From the NCBI GenBank assembly GCA_964607485.1, contig CAZSKP010000008.1, positions 32,001 through 96,000 of the forward strand: a stretch of DNA of 64,000 nt, given 5' to 3'. Position numbers and translations under genes: made by a program. The notes beneath the pieces were generated by a model that saw only the letters and a list, made by a program, of their open reading frames with translations, was not told the origin of the DNA and did no database searches. This document shows, one piece after another, positions 18,916-28,060 of this stretch (its first letter is position 1; every line of letters starts with the position of its first letter). The DNA comes from an uncultured bacterium. Lineage in GTDB: Bacteria > Abyssobacteria > SURF-5.

Positions 18916-19278
18916 TCAGGCGCTGCTCTCTTCGGTCAGGCGCCGGACGAGTTGCACCAACTGTTCCGAACCGAACGGCTTGACAAGGACGGCATTGGGC
19001 TTGAGGTTTTCCATACCTTCAGGATACGCAGTGACGATTGCGACAGGGAGGCTGGGATAAATGGCCCGGATATGATTGAGCAATGAAACGCCGTCCACGC
19101 CCGGCATTCTCCTGTCGGTCAGAACAAGGTCGAATTCCCGTTCGCCTAGCATTTGGATCGCCTCATCCCCCGAAGGGGCCTGCAAGACCTCATAGCCTTC
19201 CGCACTCAACAGGCGAGACATCTGCCGCCTCTGCACGTCATCGTCTTCCACGACAAGAAGGATGATCTTCTTCGGCAT
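18916..19278 (-). CDS. single-domain response regulator (REC)
   Basis: LVVEDD, LVLTDRRMPGVDG, IVTA, VKPF; GGAGA before the ATG at 19278. Confidence 0.9.
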   Translation of the reverse strand: MPKKIILLVVEDDDVQRRQMSRLLSAEGYEVLQAPSGDEAIQMLGEREFDLVLTDRRMPGVDGVSLLNHIRAIYPSLPVAIVTAYPEGMENLKPNAVLVKPFGSEQLVQLVRRLTEESSA

Positions 19279-19498
19279 GACGATTCTCCACGCGTGCCCC
19301 TTATTGGAGGCCTCGTCGTGCGCGATGCATTTGCAGATTTCCTTTCTGCCGGCATCGCAATAAATAAATGCGAGAGAGGACAAATGACAGGACACCTAAG
19401 TATATCAAGCAACTATGTCCAAAAGGAGGCCAAAAGGAAAGGGCCGGGCAGAAAGAATTTTTTGGGCGCGGGGGATAGTGGATGAGGACGTTCCAAAA

Positions 19499-19519
19499 TG
19501 TAGGGGCGGTTCGCGAACC
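19499..19519 (+). repeat. left half of a GTAG REP palindrome
   Basis: TGTAGGGGCGGTTCGCGAACC, then abrupt loss of similarity. Confidence 0.75.
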
Positions 19520-19733
19520 TGTTCCGGAGGGGGACGGGGTGGGGGGTCAAAGGGGAATATCAGCGCGAACTGGTGGTTCCCCCGGTGACAAATTTCCCTG
19601 TTTCTGGACAGGCGCTTCGCACATAGTACAAACGGTTCGCACCATGTACGAAGGTCTCTGGACATTTTTTGGACGGCGTCGTCGATGGCTGTGAGGTTTC
19701 CCGGGGACGTTGCAGGACCCTGCCCGGCAGGCG

Positions 19734-20399
19734 TCATTCGCGGACATCTTTGCCGTCGAGGCTGTATGGCAGGATCGCGCCCGTCCTGGTGTCGAGTTTT
19801 CCCGTATAGGTGAGGACCTGGCCCTCGGTATAATTAAGCAGCTTGCCGCGCAATGTATTCGGGAACGACACGAGCACGTCGTAGGTGAGGGTGCCGGGCT
19901 TGTGCCTAAATCCCGCGCTGATACCTCCCCCGCCCAGGCCTTCCTTAAGGTACGTCAGCTCTCCCGTCCACGTCACATATTTCCCCTCGTAATCTTTCCA
20001 TAATTCATCCTTTTGAAGGTCGGTCAGTTTGCTGTCTGCGCCGAAGATGTCATCGACCTCTTCGAAACTCTGTGAGAGGGATTCCCTCGCGGGCGGCGGC
20101 GCGATCTGAGATGGCCCTTTATCCGCCGACAGGGTTGCGATGACTGCCAGGCCAGCGACGGCGGTGACGGCGATCCTAAGCCAGAGCGCCCATCGGTTTG
20201 CGGTCCACATAAGGATAAGCCCGATGGGCAGACAGAACAGCAGTGAGATTCCGACTACCAGGTGCGAATGATACCAGGGTATTTTCGGTGGCGCAGGAGG
20301 CGGCGCGACGGCACGCCGGAGTGGCCGGCCGCACTTGGGGCAGGCGTGGGCCTGGTCTGATACCTGGGTGCGGCAATCCGGACAGACGATGAGAGCCAT
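19734..20399 (-). CDS. zinc-ribbon + TM + OB-fold-like membrane protein
   Basis: MALIVCPDC..VSDQAHACPKCGRP, two TM helices, C-terminal YEGKYVTWTG; typical of prophage immunity regions. Confidence 0.75.
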   Translation of the reverse strand: MALIVCPDCRTQVSDQAHACPKCGRPLRRAVAPPPAPPKIPWYHSHLVVGISLLFCLPIGLILMWTANRWALWLRIAVTAVAGLAVIATLSADKGPSQIAPPPARESLSQSFEEVDDIFGADSKLTDLQKDELWKDYEGKYVTWTGELTYLKEGLGGGGISAGFRHKPGTLTYDVLVSFPNTLRGKLLNYTEGQVLTYTGKLDTRTGAILPYSLDGKDVRE

Positions 20400-20415
20400 A
20401 GTTTCCCCTCCTTTT

Positions 20416-20811
20416 TCAGCGGCGTTTTGTAGTGGCGTCGAGCTTATTGAGGATGGATTCGAGGTCGGTCGCGAGGCTTTCTAGTCTGGCGGCGCCCCGT
20501 CGAAGCTGTTCGATGAGTCCGCTCATATCCGCGTGGTAGAATGCGGAGGCCTCCGCAACCCGGTCCGCCATCGGTTTCCCTTCCTTTATATAAGGATCAC
20601 CTTCCCCGGTTAAAAGCCACGTCGGATTACACCCAGTTTTATCCGCAATCATAGCGAGAGATTCAGGACTAGGCAGCCTCTCATCCCGTATCCACGCAGA
20701 GACGATTTGATGTTTAACCTCCAGTTGCCGGGCGAAGTCGGCCACAGTACCTTGGCCCATTAGCACACGGAGCCTATCTAAAAGCCCCTCTCTATAGTGG
20801 TGCACTCTCAT
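20416..20811 (-). CDS. phage CI-like XRE HTH repressor (no peptidase domain)
   Basis: DRLRVL..VADFARQLEVKHQIVSAWI...PS.ESLAMIA....NPTWLLTGEG; coiled-coil tail. Confidence 0.8.
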   Translation of the reverse strand: MRVHHYREGLLDRLRVLMGQGTVADFARQLEVKHQIVSAWIRDERLPSPESLAMIADKTGCNPTWLLTGEGDPYIKEGKPMADRVAEASAFYHADMSGLIEQLRRGAARLESLATDLESILNKLDATTKRR

Positions 20812-20853
20812 TTGTATTTTCTTCTTGACAGAATACAAAGCCTAGTGTATAAT
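20811..20853 (+). promoter_or_regulatory. consensus promoter overlapped by an inverted-repeat operator
   Basis: TTGACA (20825-30), 17 bp, TATAAT (20848-53); TTTGTATT/AATACAAA inverted repeat at 20811-20839. Confidence 0.8.
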
Positions 20854-20882
20854 TCTTTTCAGGGCATTTAGAGGTAAACCGG

Positions 20883-21131
20883 ATGGGGCAAAAAAAGAAA
20901 GAGGAAATTCTAAGGGCCGACACGCTGGCGATTAAGATTCGGCAGTGGAAGCTGGGCGTGACGAACCGCGAGATCGCGTGGGCGATGGGAGTGACCGAGC
21001 AGTTTGTCGGCCAGATAATAAACGGGAGTAATAGCTCGAAGGATCGTCGCATAGAGAGGTACCTGGCGCGGAGGCTGAACGCGCCGGTTGAGAAGCTGTT
21101 CCCTCGTTGCCGCTCTAGCCAGGCCGCATGA
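20883..21131 (+). CDS. Cro/Ner-like small HTH protein
   Basis: GVTNREIAWAMGVTEQFVGQIING...IERYLARRL..PVEKLFP; divergent from the CI-like gene. Confidence 0.75.
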   Translation: MGQKKKEEILRADTLAIKIRQWKLGVTNREIAWAMGVTEQFVGQIINGSNSSKDRRIERYLARRLNAPVEKLFPRCRSSQAA

Positions 21132-21243
21132 GGGGGCGGCTCCTTCCTTTTATAGTTGGGAGCTGGTAAGGCTTTAACGAAATTATAAACGACAGAGACA
21201 TCGATGTCAATTATGGAATCAGCGGGGAGATGGTAATGATGTA

Positions 21244-21528
21244 ATGAAATATTTACAACTAATTGCTAGGAGGGTGGTTATGAGAAGCGAAAGAGTAATT
21301 GTGAGGGCTTATGGCAATAGTCCCGTAGTTTGCCGCATATGGGATGAGGATGTTAGAGGTTTCTATGTTACAAATGACGAGCAGTACGAATTGCTCATGG
21401 CCGGGAAAGAAGCCATTCCGCCCATTGGAATTCCGAAGGAAGATGTATTTAAGTATGATACATCACTGAAAAATTGTACAAAAAACGGAGTGTGTGATTG
21501 GGGAAATCTAACTCTAATGAAGTTGTAA
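21244..21528 (+). CDS. hypothetical protein (start possibly 21280)
   Basis: AT-rich ORF with GGAGGG upstream of the second Met; no family recognised. Confidence 0.5.
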   Translation: MKYLQLIARRVVMRSERVIVRAYGNSPVVCRIWDEDVRGFYVTNDEQYELLMAGKEAIPPIGIPKEDVFKYDTSLKNCTKNGVCDWGNLTLMKL

Positions 21529-21537
21529 CATCGCCAT

Positions 21538-21646
21538 CTATGTTTTATCCTTTTGCTTCCATCTGGCTTTTGCGGCCTTACGGGCTATCTCTTTGCGCTT
21601 CTTGGCGGAGAGCTTCTTCGCCCTTGCCTTGCCGCCCTTTAATCCA
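21538..21646 (-). pseudogene. 3' fragment of a small basic protein (GLKGGKARA..LS..KRKEIARKAAKARW family)
   Basis: Recognisable C-terminal motif; its 5' part is replaced by the REP half at 21647. Confidence 0.65.
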
Positions 21647-21661
21647 CGAACCGCCCCTACA
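21647..21661 (-). repeat. right half of a GTAG REP palindrome
   Basis: CGAACCGCCCCTACA is the exact reverse complement of 19499-19513. Confidence 0.75.
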
Positions 21662-21691
21662 AGAACCGCCGAGAACAGGGTTAACAAGGCT

Positions 21692-24600
21692 CTAGGAGTT
21701 TCCGACGGGCAGGCTGATCTCGACCGTGGTGCCTTCGTTAACTGCGCTCTTAATGCTGAAACCGCCGTTGTGTGCGTCGACGATTTTCTTGCAGATGTGA
21801 ATGCCCAGCCCCGTTCCGGATGTCTTGGTGGTGAAGAACGGCTCCTTGATTCGCTCCAGACCTTCCGCATCTATTCCGCAGCCGGTGTCCGAGATGGAAA
21901 GGTTCAGGAGACGTGCGCCGTCGCTCTCGACAAACTTGGAGCGTATCCAGAGGTCCCCTCCGTCGGGCATCGCCTCCACGGCGTTCGCTATGAGATTCAC
22001 GAGAGCCCGGGTCATCTTGGGAGCATCCACGAAAAATTCGCCGTCTTCCCGTTCCAACTCCAGACGGATGTTCGTTTTGTGAAGCCTGTGAGACAGGGAA
22101 TGCAATGCCTGTTCGACGATATCCCGAATCGCCCACGTGGAGCATTGCAGTTTGACCGGTCTCGAATATTCGAGCAGGTCTTCGACTATTCGGTTCAGCG
22201 AGTTGATGCCGTAATCGACTTCTTCCAGAAGCTCCCCCGTGCCCTTGTCTCCCTTTGTTCCTTTGCGAACCGCGTCGATTCCCATGCGAATGTTCTGGAG
22301 GGGATTCCGGATTTCGTGCGCCACGACCGACACCATCTGCCCGATGGATGCAAGACTCTCGGCCTGCTTGAGTTCCTGCACCTTCTTCTTTACCTCCCGA
22401 TCCAGATTCTCGGAGAGGCCGCGATATTTGGCTTCTGAACTGCGCAGTGCACCCAGATACAGGCTGTTTTGCAGAGCGATAGACGCGTGGTCGGCGAAGG
22501 CCGATGCCAGGCGAACATCATCGTCGGTGAAGCCGCCGGGCTTGTTGGCCAGTCCCATGAGGCCGACAGCGTTGCCGTTTAGGATGAGCGGCGCGAACAT
22601 CACGTTGTCCAACCGCGCGTGGCCTGGAGGCAGAAACGCGACCCACTCGGAGTCGGCGAAGTTATTATCATACACCGGTCTGCCCGAGCGGTACGCCTCG
22701 GCCCTGAGCCCGCGGACGGGCATGGGGATCTTCGGGTCAACTGAGCACGGCAAGTCTCCCGATTCGAGAAAGATAACTTCGTTCCGCGTTCCGTCTCTGC
22801 TCAAGAGGGCGACATATCCGGCGGTGGCTCCGATCAGATTCCTGCACGAATTGAATATTGCCTGCGCTGCCTTTTTGAAACTTTGGCGTTCCAAAACGGC
22901 GTGCGAGCTCTCCAGCAGCGCCTCGGTCTCGGCGGAGTGTCGCCGCGATTCATCAAGCGCATCGCGCACCTTTTCATTGGCCTGCTTTCGCTCGGTGATG
23001 TCGGTCATCACGCCGACCACCCGCCGCACGCGTCCGCTCTCGTCGCGTTCAACTGCATGAGAGTAGCCCTCAACCCAAAACCAATGGCCCTTCTTGTGTC
23101 GGAGGCGCACCTCGACATGATAGCCCGGAGATCTGCCCTCAATGAAGTCTTCGTAGGTGCGCTTTAGGAGGTCGAGGTCCTCTGGATGAACACGCTCATA
23201 GAGCCAGTCCAGGAAACGATCGTGCGGGGGCAGTTCGTTGCGGTTATACCCGAGCAACTCGGCCCAACGCTCATCATGGTAGGTCGATTCGTCGAGCGGT
23301 ACCCGGTGGTCGTATATCGCGCCGCCGGATGCGTCAAGCGCCGTTCTCAGCCGTTCTCTGCTCTCGCGCACCTTTTCTTCGGCCTGCTTTCGCTCCGTGA
23401 TGTCAATGCAGATGCCGGACATGCGTTGCGGCTTCCCATCGCTGTCGTATATCGTGTCCCCCAGGGCATTGACCCATCGTAGTTCACCGGATGGAAGCAC
23501 TATTCTAAATTCATTCGCGAGAGGCGTACCGTTGGCAATGGCCTCCTCGATCCTTTTCTCGGCAAGTACTCTATCGTCGGGATACATTATGCTTCGCCAG
23601 GAGTCAAAGCTGGCCTCGGTTTTTTGGGGGTCCAGGCCATAGAGATGGAACAGTTCTTCAGACCATTCAAGCTTGTCGGCAGACATATCCCAAACCCACA
23701 TGCCGGCTCCCGCCGAGACTTGAGCGAGTCTAAGGCGCGCTTCACTCTCTTTCAGTGCCTCCGCCGCATTCTTTCGCTCGGTGATGTCCTGCGTCGTGCC
23801 AAAACTGCCGAGCAACTCACCGTTTTTTTCGAACTCCAGCTTAGCGCGCTCGCGGACCCACTTAACAGTGTCGCCGACGACTATGCGGTGCTCGATGTCG
23901 TAGGGCTCGCCACGGAGGGCGGCCTTCCACTTCGTGTCCACATACTCCCGGTCGTCGGGATGAACTGTGCCGAGGAACGCATCATAGGTCAGCGGCGTCC
24001 CTATCGGAATCCCGAATATCCGATAGGTCTCGTCGGACCAGAGAAATTCATTCTTCTGCAAATCCAACCGCCAGCTTCCGGTATGAGCCACGGCCTGGGC
24101 GCGGTTCAGGTCCTCCCGGCTCTTGCGCAGCGCTTCCTCGAACTGCTTTCGCGCGGAAATGTCGCTGAATAGCACCGCGAATTGTCGGGGCGAGGGGCAG
24201 AAGGCAAAGACCTCATAGTCTTTATTGAGCCTGGATGAATAGTTCTCGAAGCGTACCGGCTCTCCGGTGAGCGCCACCTTTCCGTAGGTCTCGATCCAAT
24301 AAGGTTCGATATTGGGCAGCACTTCGCGGACGGTCCTGCCGATCACGTCGCTCCGCTTCAGGCCCGTGAGACGCTCGAAGGCCGGATTCACCTCGAGGAA
24401 CCGGTAATCGCACGGCTCGCCTTTTTCGTCGCAGATGATCTCGTGGAACGCAAAGCCTTCGTTCATCCGGCTGAACAGCAACTGAAACTGCCCCTCGCGC
24501 TCGAGCACGCGTTGCTCGAGGATTTCATTGATGTTGCGGAGTGTCTCCTCGGCCTGCTTTTGCTCGGTGATGTCGATGCCCATCTCGAGGATGAGCGTGG

Positions 24601-25945
24601 AGCCGTCGGTATCGATAAAGGGGAAGTCGTAGATGTAGTAGTTGCGGCCGTCCGGCCCGAGCCATTCCCACTCGTGGGGTTGCATGGTCTTCAGGACTGT
24701 AAAGGTCTCACATGTTTCGCAGGGCTCGGTTCGGTTGAACAGATAATCGTAACAGCATCTGCCGTGCGATTCGCCGAAGCGCTCGCGGAAGAAGCGATTG
24801 TCGAAGGGCACATGATAATCGGACGTAAGCAACACCACGTAGGCCGGCAGCGTCTCCAGCACGTCGAGGAACCGCTGGCGTTCGGCCTTCGCGGTGGCCT
24901 CGACCCGCTCGCGCTGTCTGCTGACTTCCTCTTCGGCGCGGATGCGGTCGGTCACGTCCACCAGGCACAGGAGCGCTCCCTCCACCTTTTCCGACGCGTC
25001 CTTTACCGGAATCAGGCTCCAGTCCCAGTGCGACACGCCCCGCTCGGGGTGCTCCGCGTACTCGAAGGGCTTCGCATAGACGGAATGCGGCTCGCCCGTC
25101 TCGACGACGCGCCGGAAGATTGCCTCGTTCTCCTTGTTGGGAAACAGGGCGAAGTGATTCTTGCCGATGAAGAAGTCCGGGTTGCGCTCATCCGCTTTGG
25201 CGTACGCGTCGTTCACCCGGATGAAGTTGAAATCGGTGTCCATGTATGCGATCAACACGTGGGTGTCCGAGAATATCTTCTCAAGGAGCTCGTTTGAATC
25301 CCGCAGTTCGCCGGTGCGCTGTTTCACCAGTTCCTCGAGGTGGTGGCGGTGTCTGTCCAGTTCCTCCCCGATCTTCTTGCGCTCGCTGATGTCGCGGATA
25401 AGGAACCGGAGCCCCGTCGGCTTGCCGTCCCGGTCGCGCACACGGGCCACGGTGATGGAAGCATAGAAGAGCTCTCCATCTCTCGGCTGCAGGACGGCCT
25501 GCCAGTTCTCCACCCGGTCGCTCTCCGTCAGTTGAGCCAGTTGAGGGTGCCAGTTTTTGCGCTCCCCCTCGGCGAGATAGAGAAAGAACGGTTTGCCCGC
25601 GAGGAACTGCTGCGAGACGTTGAGCATGGCCGCGGCGGCGCAATTTGCCTCGCGGATGACCCCCTTGGCGTCGGTCACGATGTAGCCGTCGGGCGCCAGG
25701 TCGAACAGGTCCAGGTAGCGTTTGTGCTCGGCCTCGACGGCCTGATTGGCGGCGGCCAGCTCCTCGTTCTGCTGGCGCAATTCCTCATCTGCCACCTGCA
25801 GTTCTTCGAGAGTGGTGACCAATTCCTCGAGCACGTCGGACATGAGCTCGTCGCGATTGTCGGAACCTTCGGCAGCGCGCTGATGGAGCTCAGTCAGCCG
25901 CTGCTGGAGGTGTTCGATTTGATGGTTGGGTGCAGGCTCTTTCAT
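21692..25945 (-). CDS. cytoplasmic multi-PAS/GAF sensor histidine kinase with N-terminal EEL coiled coil
   Basis: Repeated PAS/PAC ends (DISERK, DVTDR, DITEQK, DISARK, DITERK x3), GAF (LANKPGGFT), AHEIRNPL, HATPase boxes. Confidence 0.93.
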   Translation of the reverse strand: MKEPAPNHQIEHLQQRLTELHQRAAEGSDNRDELMSDVLEELVTTLEELQVADEELRQQNEELAAANQAVEAEHKRYLDLFDLAPDGYIVTDAKGVIREANCAAAAMLNVSQQFLAGKPFFLYLAEGERKNWHPQLAQLTESDRVENWQAVLQPRDGELFYASITVARVRDRDGKPTGLRFLIRDISERKKIGEELDRHRHHLEELVKQRTGELRDSNELLEKIFSDTHVLIAYMDTDFNFIRVNDAYAKADERNPDFFIGKNHFALFPNKENEAIFRRVVETGEPHSVYAKPFEYAEHPERGVSHWDWSLIPVKDASEKVEGALLCLVDVTDRIRAEEEVSRQRERVEATAKAERQRFLDVLETLPAYVVLLTSDYHVPFDNRFFRERFGESHGRCCYDYLFNRTEPCETCETFTVLKTMQPHEWEWLGPDGRNYYIYDFPFIDTDGSTLILEMGIDITEQKQAEETLRNINEILEQRVLEREGQFQLLFSRMNEGFAFHEIICDEKGEPCDYRFLEVNPAFERLTGLKRSDVIGRTVREVLPNIEPYWIETYGKVALTGEPVRFENYSSRLNKDYEVFAFCPSPRQFAVLFSDISARKQFEEALRKSREDLNRAQAVAHTGSWRLDLQKNEFLWSDETYRIFGIPIGTPLTYDAFLGTVHPDDREYVDTKWKAALRGEPYDIEHRIVVGDTVKWVRERAKLEFEKNGELLGSFGTTQDITERKNAAEALKESEARLRLAQVSAGAGMWVWDMSADKLEWSEELFHLYGLDPQKTEASFDSWRSIMYPDDRVLAEKRIEEAIANGTPLANEFRIVLPSGELRWVNALGDTIYDSDGKPQRMSGICIDITERKQAEEKVRESRERLRTALDASGGAIYDHRVPLDESTYHDERWAELLGYNRNELPPHDRFLDWLYERVHPEDLDLLKRTYEDFIEGRSPGYHVEVRLRHKKGHWFWVEGYSHAVERDESGRVRRVVGVMTDITERKQANEKVRDALDESRRHSAETEALLESSHAVLERQSFKKAAQAIFNSCRNLIGATAGYVALLSRDGTRNEVIFLESGDLPCSVDPKIPMPVRGLRAEAYRSGRPVYDNNFADSEWVAFLPPGHARLDNVMFAPLILNGNAVGLMGLANKPGGFTDDDVRLASAFADHASIALQNSLYLGALRSSEAKYRGLSENLDREVKKKVQELKQAESLASIGQMVSVVAHEIRNPLQNIRMGIDAVRKGTKGDKGTGELLEEVDYGINSLNRIVEDLLEYSRPVKLQCSTWAIRDIVEQALHSLSHRLHKTNIRLELEREDGEFFVDAPKMTRALVNLIANAVEAMPDGGDLWIRSKFVESDGARLLNLSISDTGCGIDAEGLERIKEPFFTTKTSGTGLGIHICKKIVDAHNGGFSIKSAVNEGTTVEISLPVGNS

Positions 25946-26050
25946 GGTGTTTCCCCATGTTTCCCCGCCTTCAGAAAAAAAATGCTACATCTTTACTACG
26001 TTACTCATGCCAAGACGCCAAGAGATTTATCAGGCTCAAGGCAGAATGTT

Positions 26051-26119
26051 AACCACCAAGACACCAAGGCACAAAGAGAATTTCTTCTTGTTCCTTGGTG
26101 TCTTTGTGTCTTGGTGGTT
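26051..26119. repeat. 8-mer tandem-arm palindrome (GxxExxY-type architecture)
   Basis: AACCACCAAGACACCAAGGCACAAAG ... CTTGGTGTCTTTGTGTCTTGGTGGTT. Confidence 0.75.
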
Positions 26120-26206
26120 CAAAATTATGTGTTCTTTCGTTCTCGGTTTTGAGCGCATGGCAATGCCTCCCTACACTGTCTTGCTAACAGTTGCGACGGC
26201 GTGCTC

Positions 26207-28060
26207 TCACAGTTCTTCCATCAGTACGATGACTCCCTGTATTTCTTTCTCCGTACCGATCAGCGGCGTGCATGTAACCCCACACCGTATGGACTTTCCG
26301 CGACGGTTGGTGGCGTCGAGTTGTAATTCCTCCACTTCGACCTTGCCGTTGAGGATCGCGCGAATGGGCCCCTTGAGCTCGTTCACGGGAAGCCCGATGT
26401 CAAGGTTCAGCAAGAATTGGTCCTTGACCTCGTCGGCCCGCAGTCCCCACAGGTCGTTGCTTTTCGTGTTCCACCTGAGGATTTTGATGTCGCTGTCCAC
26501 GACGACCACCCCAATGCGGAGGCCCGTGAGAATGGACTCCAGGAACGAGTTTGTCTGGTTGAGCAAATCGCTTCGCTCATTCAATTCGTCGTTGATGGTC
26601 CGCAGTTGCTCGTTTGTGGCCTGGAGCTCCTCATTCATCGTCTCCATCTCTTCGTTGGTGGACTGCAGCTCCTCGTTGGTCGTCTCGAGTTCTTCGTTCG
26701 ACGATTGGAGCTCCTCGTTGGTGGTTTCCAGTTCCTCATTGGCCGACTGGAGCTCCTCATTAGCGGTCTCCAGCTCCTGGTTGGCGTGACCGAGGTCTCG
26801 CTCCAGTTGCTTGCAGCGTGTCTCGTCGGTAAACGTGATGGACACGCCGAGCGTGCTGCTCTGGTTGTCGAAGAGAGGCAGCACGTGGACATTCAGATAC
26901 TGCACCTTCCCGTCCGGCAAGGGTCGTTCGACATCGTGGAGAAGCACGGCCTTTCCGTCGGCATAGGCCTGCTCGATGGACTTGCGGAGCTCGATCGGTT
27001 CGTATGAGATTCTCAATTCGTGGAACGGACGACCGAGATCCCTCGTATCCACATCCAGGAGGGACCTGGCCTCGTTGTTGGCCGACGTGAGAACGCCGTC
27101 CATGTCCACCACGAGCTGCGCCGCGGGCGTCGTCTCGAAGGCCGCCTCACGCAGGTGCAAGCCCCGGGTCATTTGTGTGCCGGCTTCCGCGTTCCCGATC
27201 TGCGCCATGAGAAGCGCATGGTTTCTGAGGGGCACTCGTGCCACCTTCTGAAAGATGCGATGCTTCAGGTTCACCGGCATGAAGAGCCGTGCGCGCGTGA
27301 GCATCGTCTCGGCTTTACCGAGGAAGAGGACACCGTTGTCGTTCAGGGCGAAGTGAAACCGTGCCAGGATTCTGTTCTGTATCTCGGAGTTGAAATACAT
27401 TAAGGTGTTGCGGCACACGAGCAAATCGAGATGCGAGATGGGGGCGTTCTGTACGGCATCGTTGGTGCCGAAGATGACCGAGCGGCGCAGGTCGGGCGAA
27501 AAAGCGAACCGGTCTCCCACCTGTTTGAAATACTTCTTCCTCAGCTTGTCAGGAACGGATTCAAGGTCGGCGTCGCGATAATGAGCGTGGCGGGCCTGGT
27601 CCAGCGCCTCTTCGTCAACGTCGGTGGCGTAAATCTTCACTCGCTTGCGGAACTCGTCTTTTCCCAGCGCCTCGGCAAGCACGATGGCCACGGTATAGGC
27701 TTCCTCGCCCGAGGCACAGCCGACGCTCCATGCCCGGATGGGTTCGTTCGAGGATTTCTCGTCCACTATGCTCGGTATTACCTCTTCCGCGAGGCAGTTC
27801 CAGGCCTCGGGGTCCCGGAAAAATTTGGTGACGTTTATCAGGATAGTGTTGAACAGTTGGATGAACTCCTCGGGCTCGACCTCGAGGTAATCCTTGTAAT
27901 CGGAGACCCCGTCCACGTTGACGGTCTGCATCCGTTTGGTTATCCTGCGGATGAGGCTGCTGCGTTTGTAGCCGGTGAAGTCGAACCCGCGCGACTCGCG
28001 TATGAATTCCAAAAGGGCCTCGAGTTCCTGGTTCTTTTCGGAACTCTGCTTCGCAGTCAT
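26207..28060 (-). CDS. cheR: CheR methyltransferase with PAS domains and NEEL heptad coiled coil
   Basis: GFDFTGYK, INVTKFFRD, WSVGCASGEEAYT, YATDVD, CRNTLMYF, LFLGKAE; (T/S)NEELQ heptads. Confidence 0.92.
   Translation of the reverse strand: MTAKQSSEKNQELEALLEFIRESRGFDFTGYKRSSLIRRITKRMQTVNVDGVSDYKDYLEVEPEEFIQLFNTILINVTKFFRDPEAWNCLAEEVIPSIVDEKSSNEPIRAWSVGCASGEEAYTVAIVLAEALGKDEFRKRVKIYATDVDEEALDQARHAHYRDADLESVPDKLRKKYFKQVGDRFAFSPDLRRSVIFGTNDAVQNAPISHLDLLVCRNTLMYFNSEIQNRILARFHFALNDNGVLFLGKAETMLTRARLFMPVNLKHRIFQKVARVPLRNHALLMAQIGNAEAGTQMTRGLHLREAAFETTPAAQLVVDMDGVLTSANNEARSLLDVDTRDLGRPFHELRISYEPIELRKSIEQAYADGKAVLLHDVERPLPDGKVQYLNVHVLPLFDNQSSTLGVSITFTDETRCKQLERDLGHANQELETANEELQSANEELETTNEELQSSNEELETTNEELQSTNEEMETMNEELQATNEQLRTINDELNERSDLLNQTNSFLESILTGLRIGVVVVDSDIKILRWNTKSNDLWGLRADEVKDQFLLNLDIGLPVNELKGPIRAILNGKVEVEELQLDATNRRGKSIRCGVTCTPLIGTEKEIQGVIVLMEEL

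Noticed and set aside
19734-21528. Complete prophage
   Set aside because: No integrase, replication, packaging or structural genes; only an immunity-like fragment.
26575-26790. 21-bp tandem DNA repeat as a non-coding array
   Set aside because: It encodes the NEEL heptads of CheR and varies at synonymous positions.
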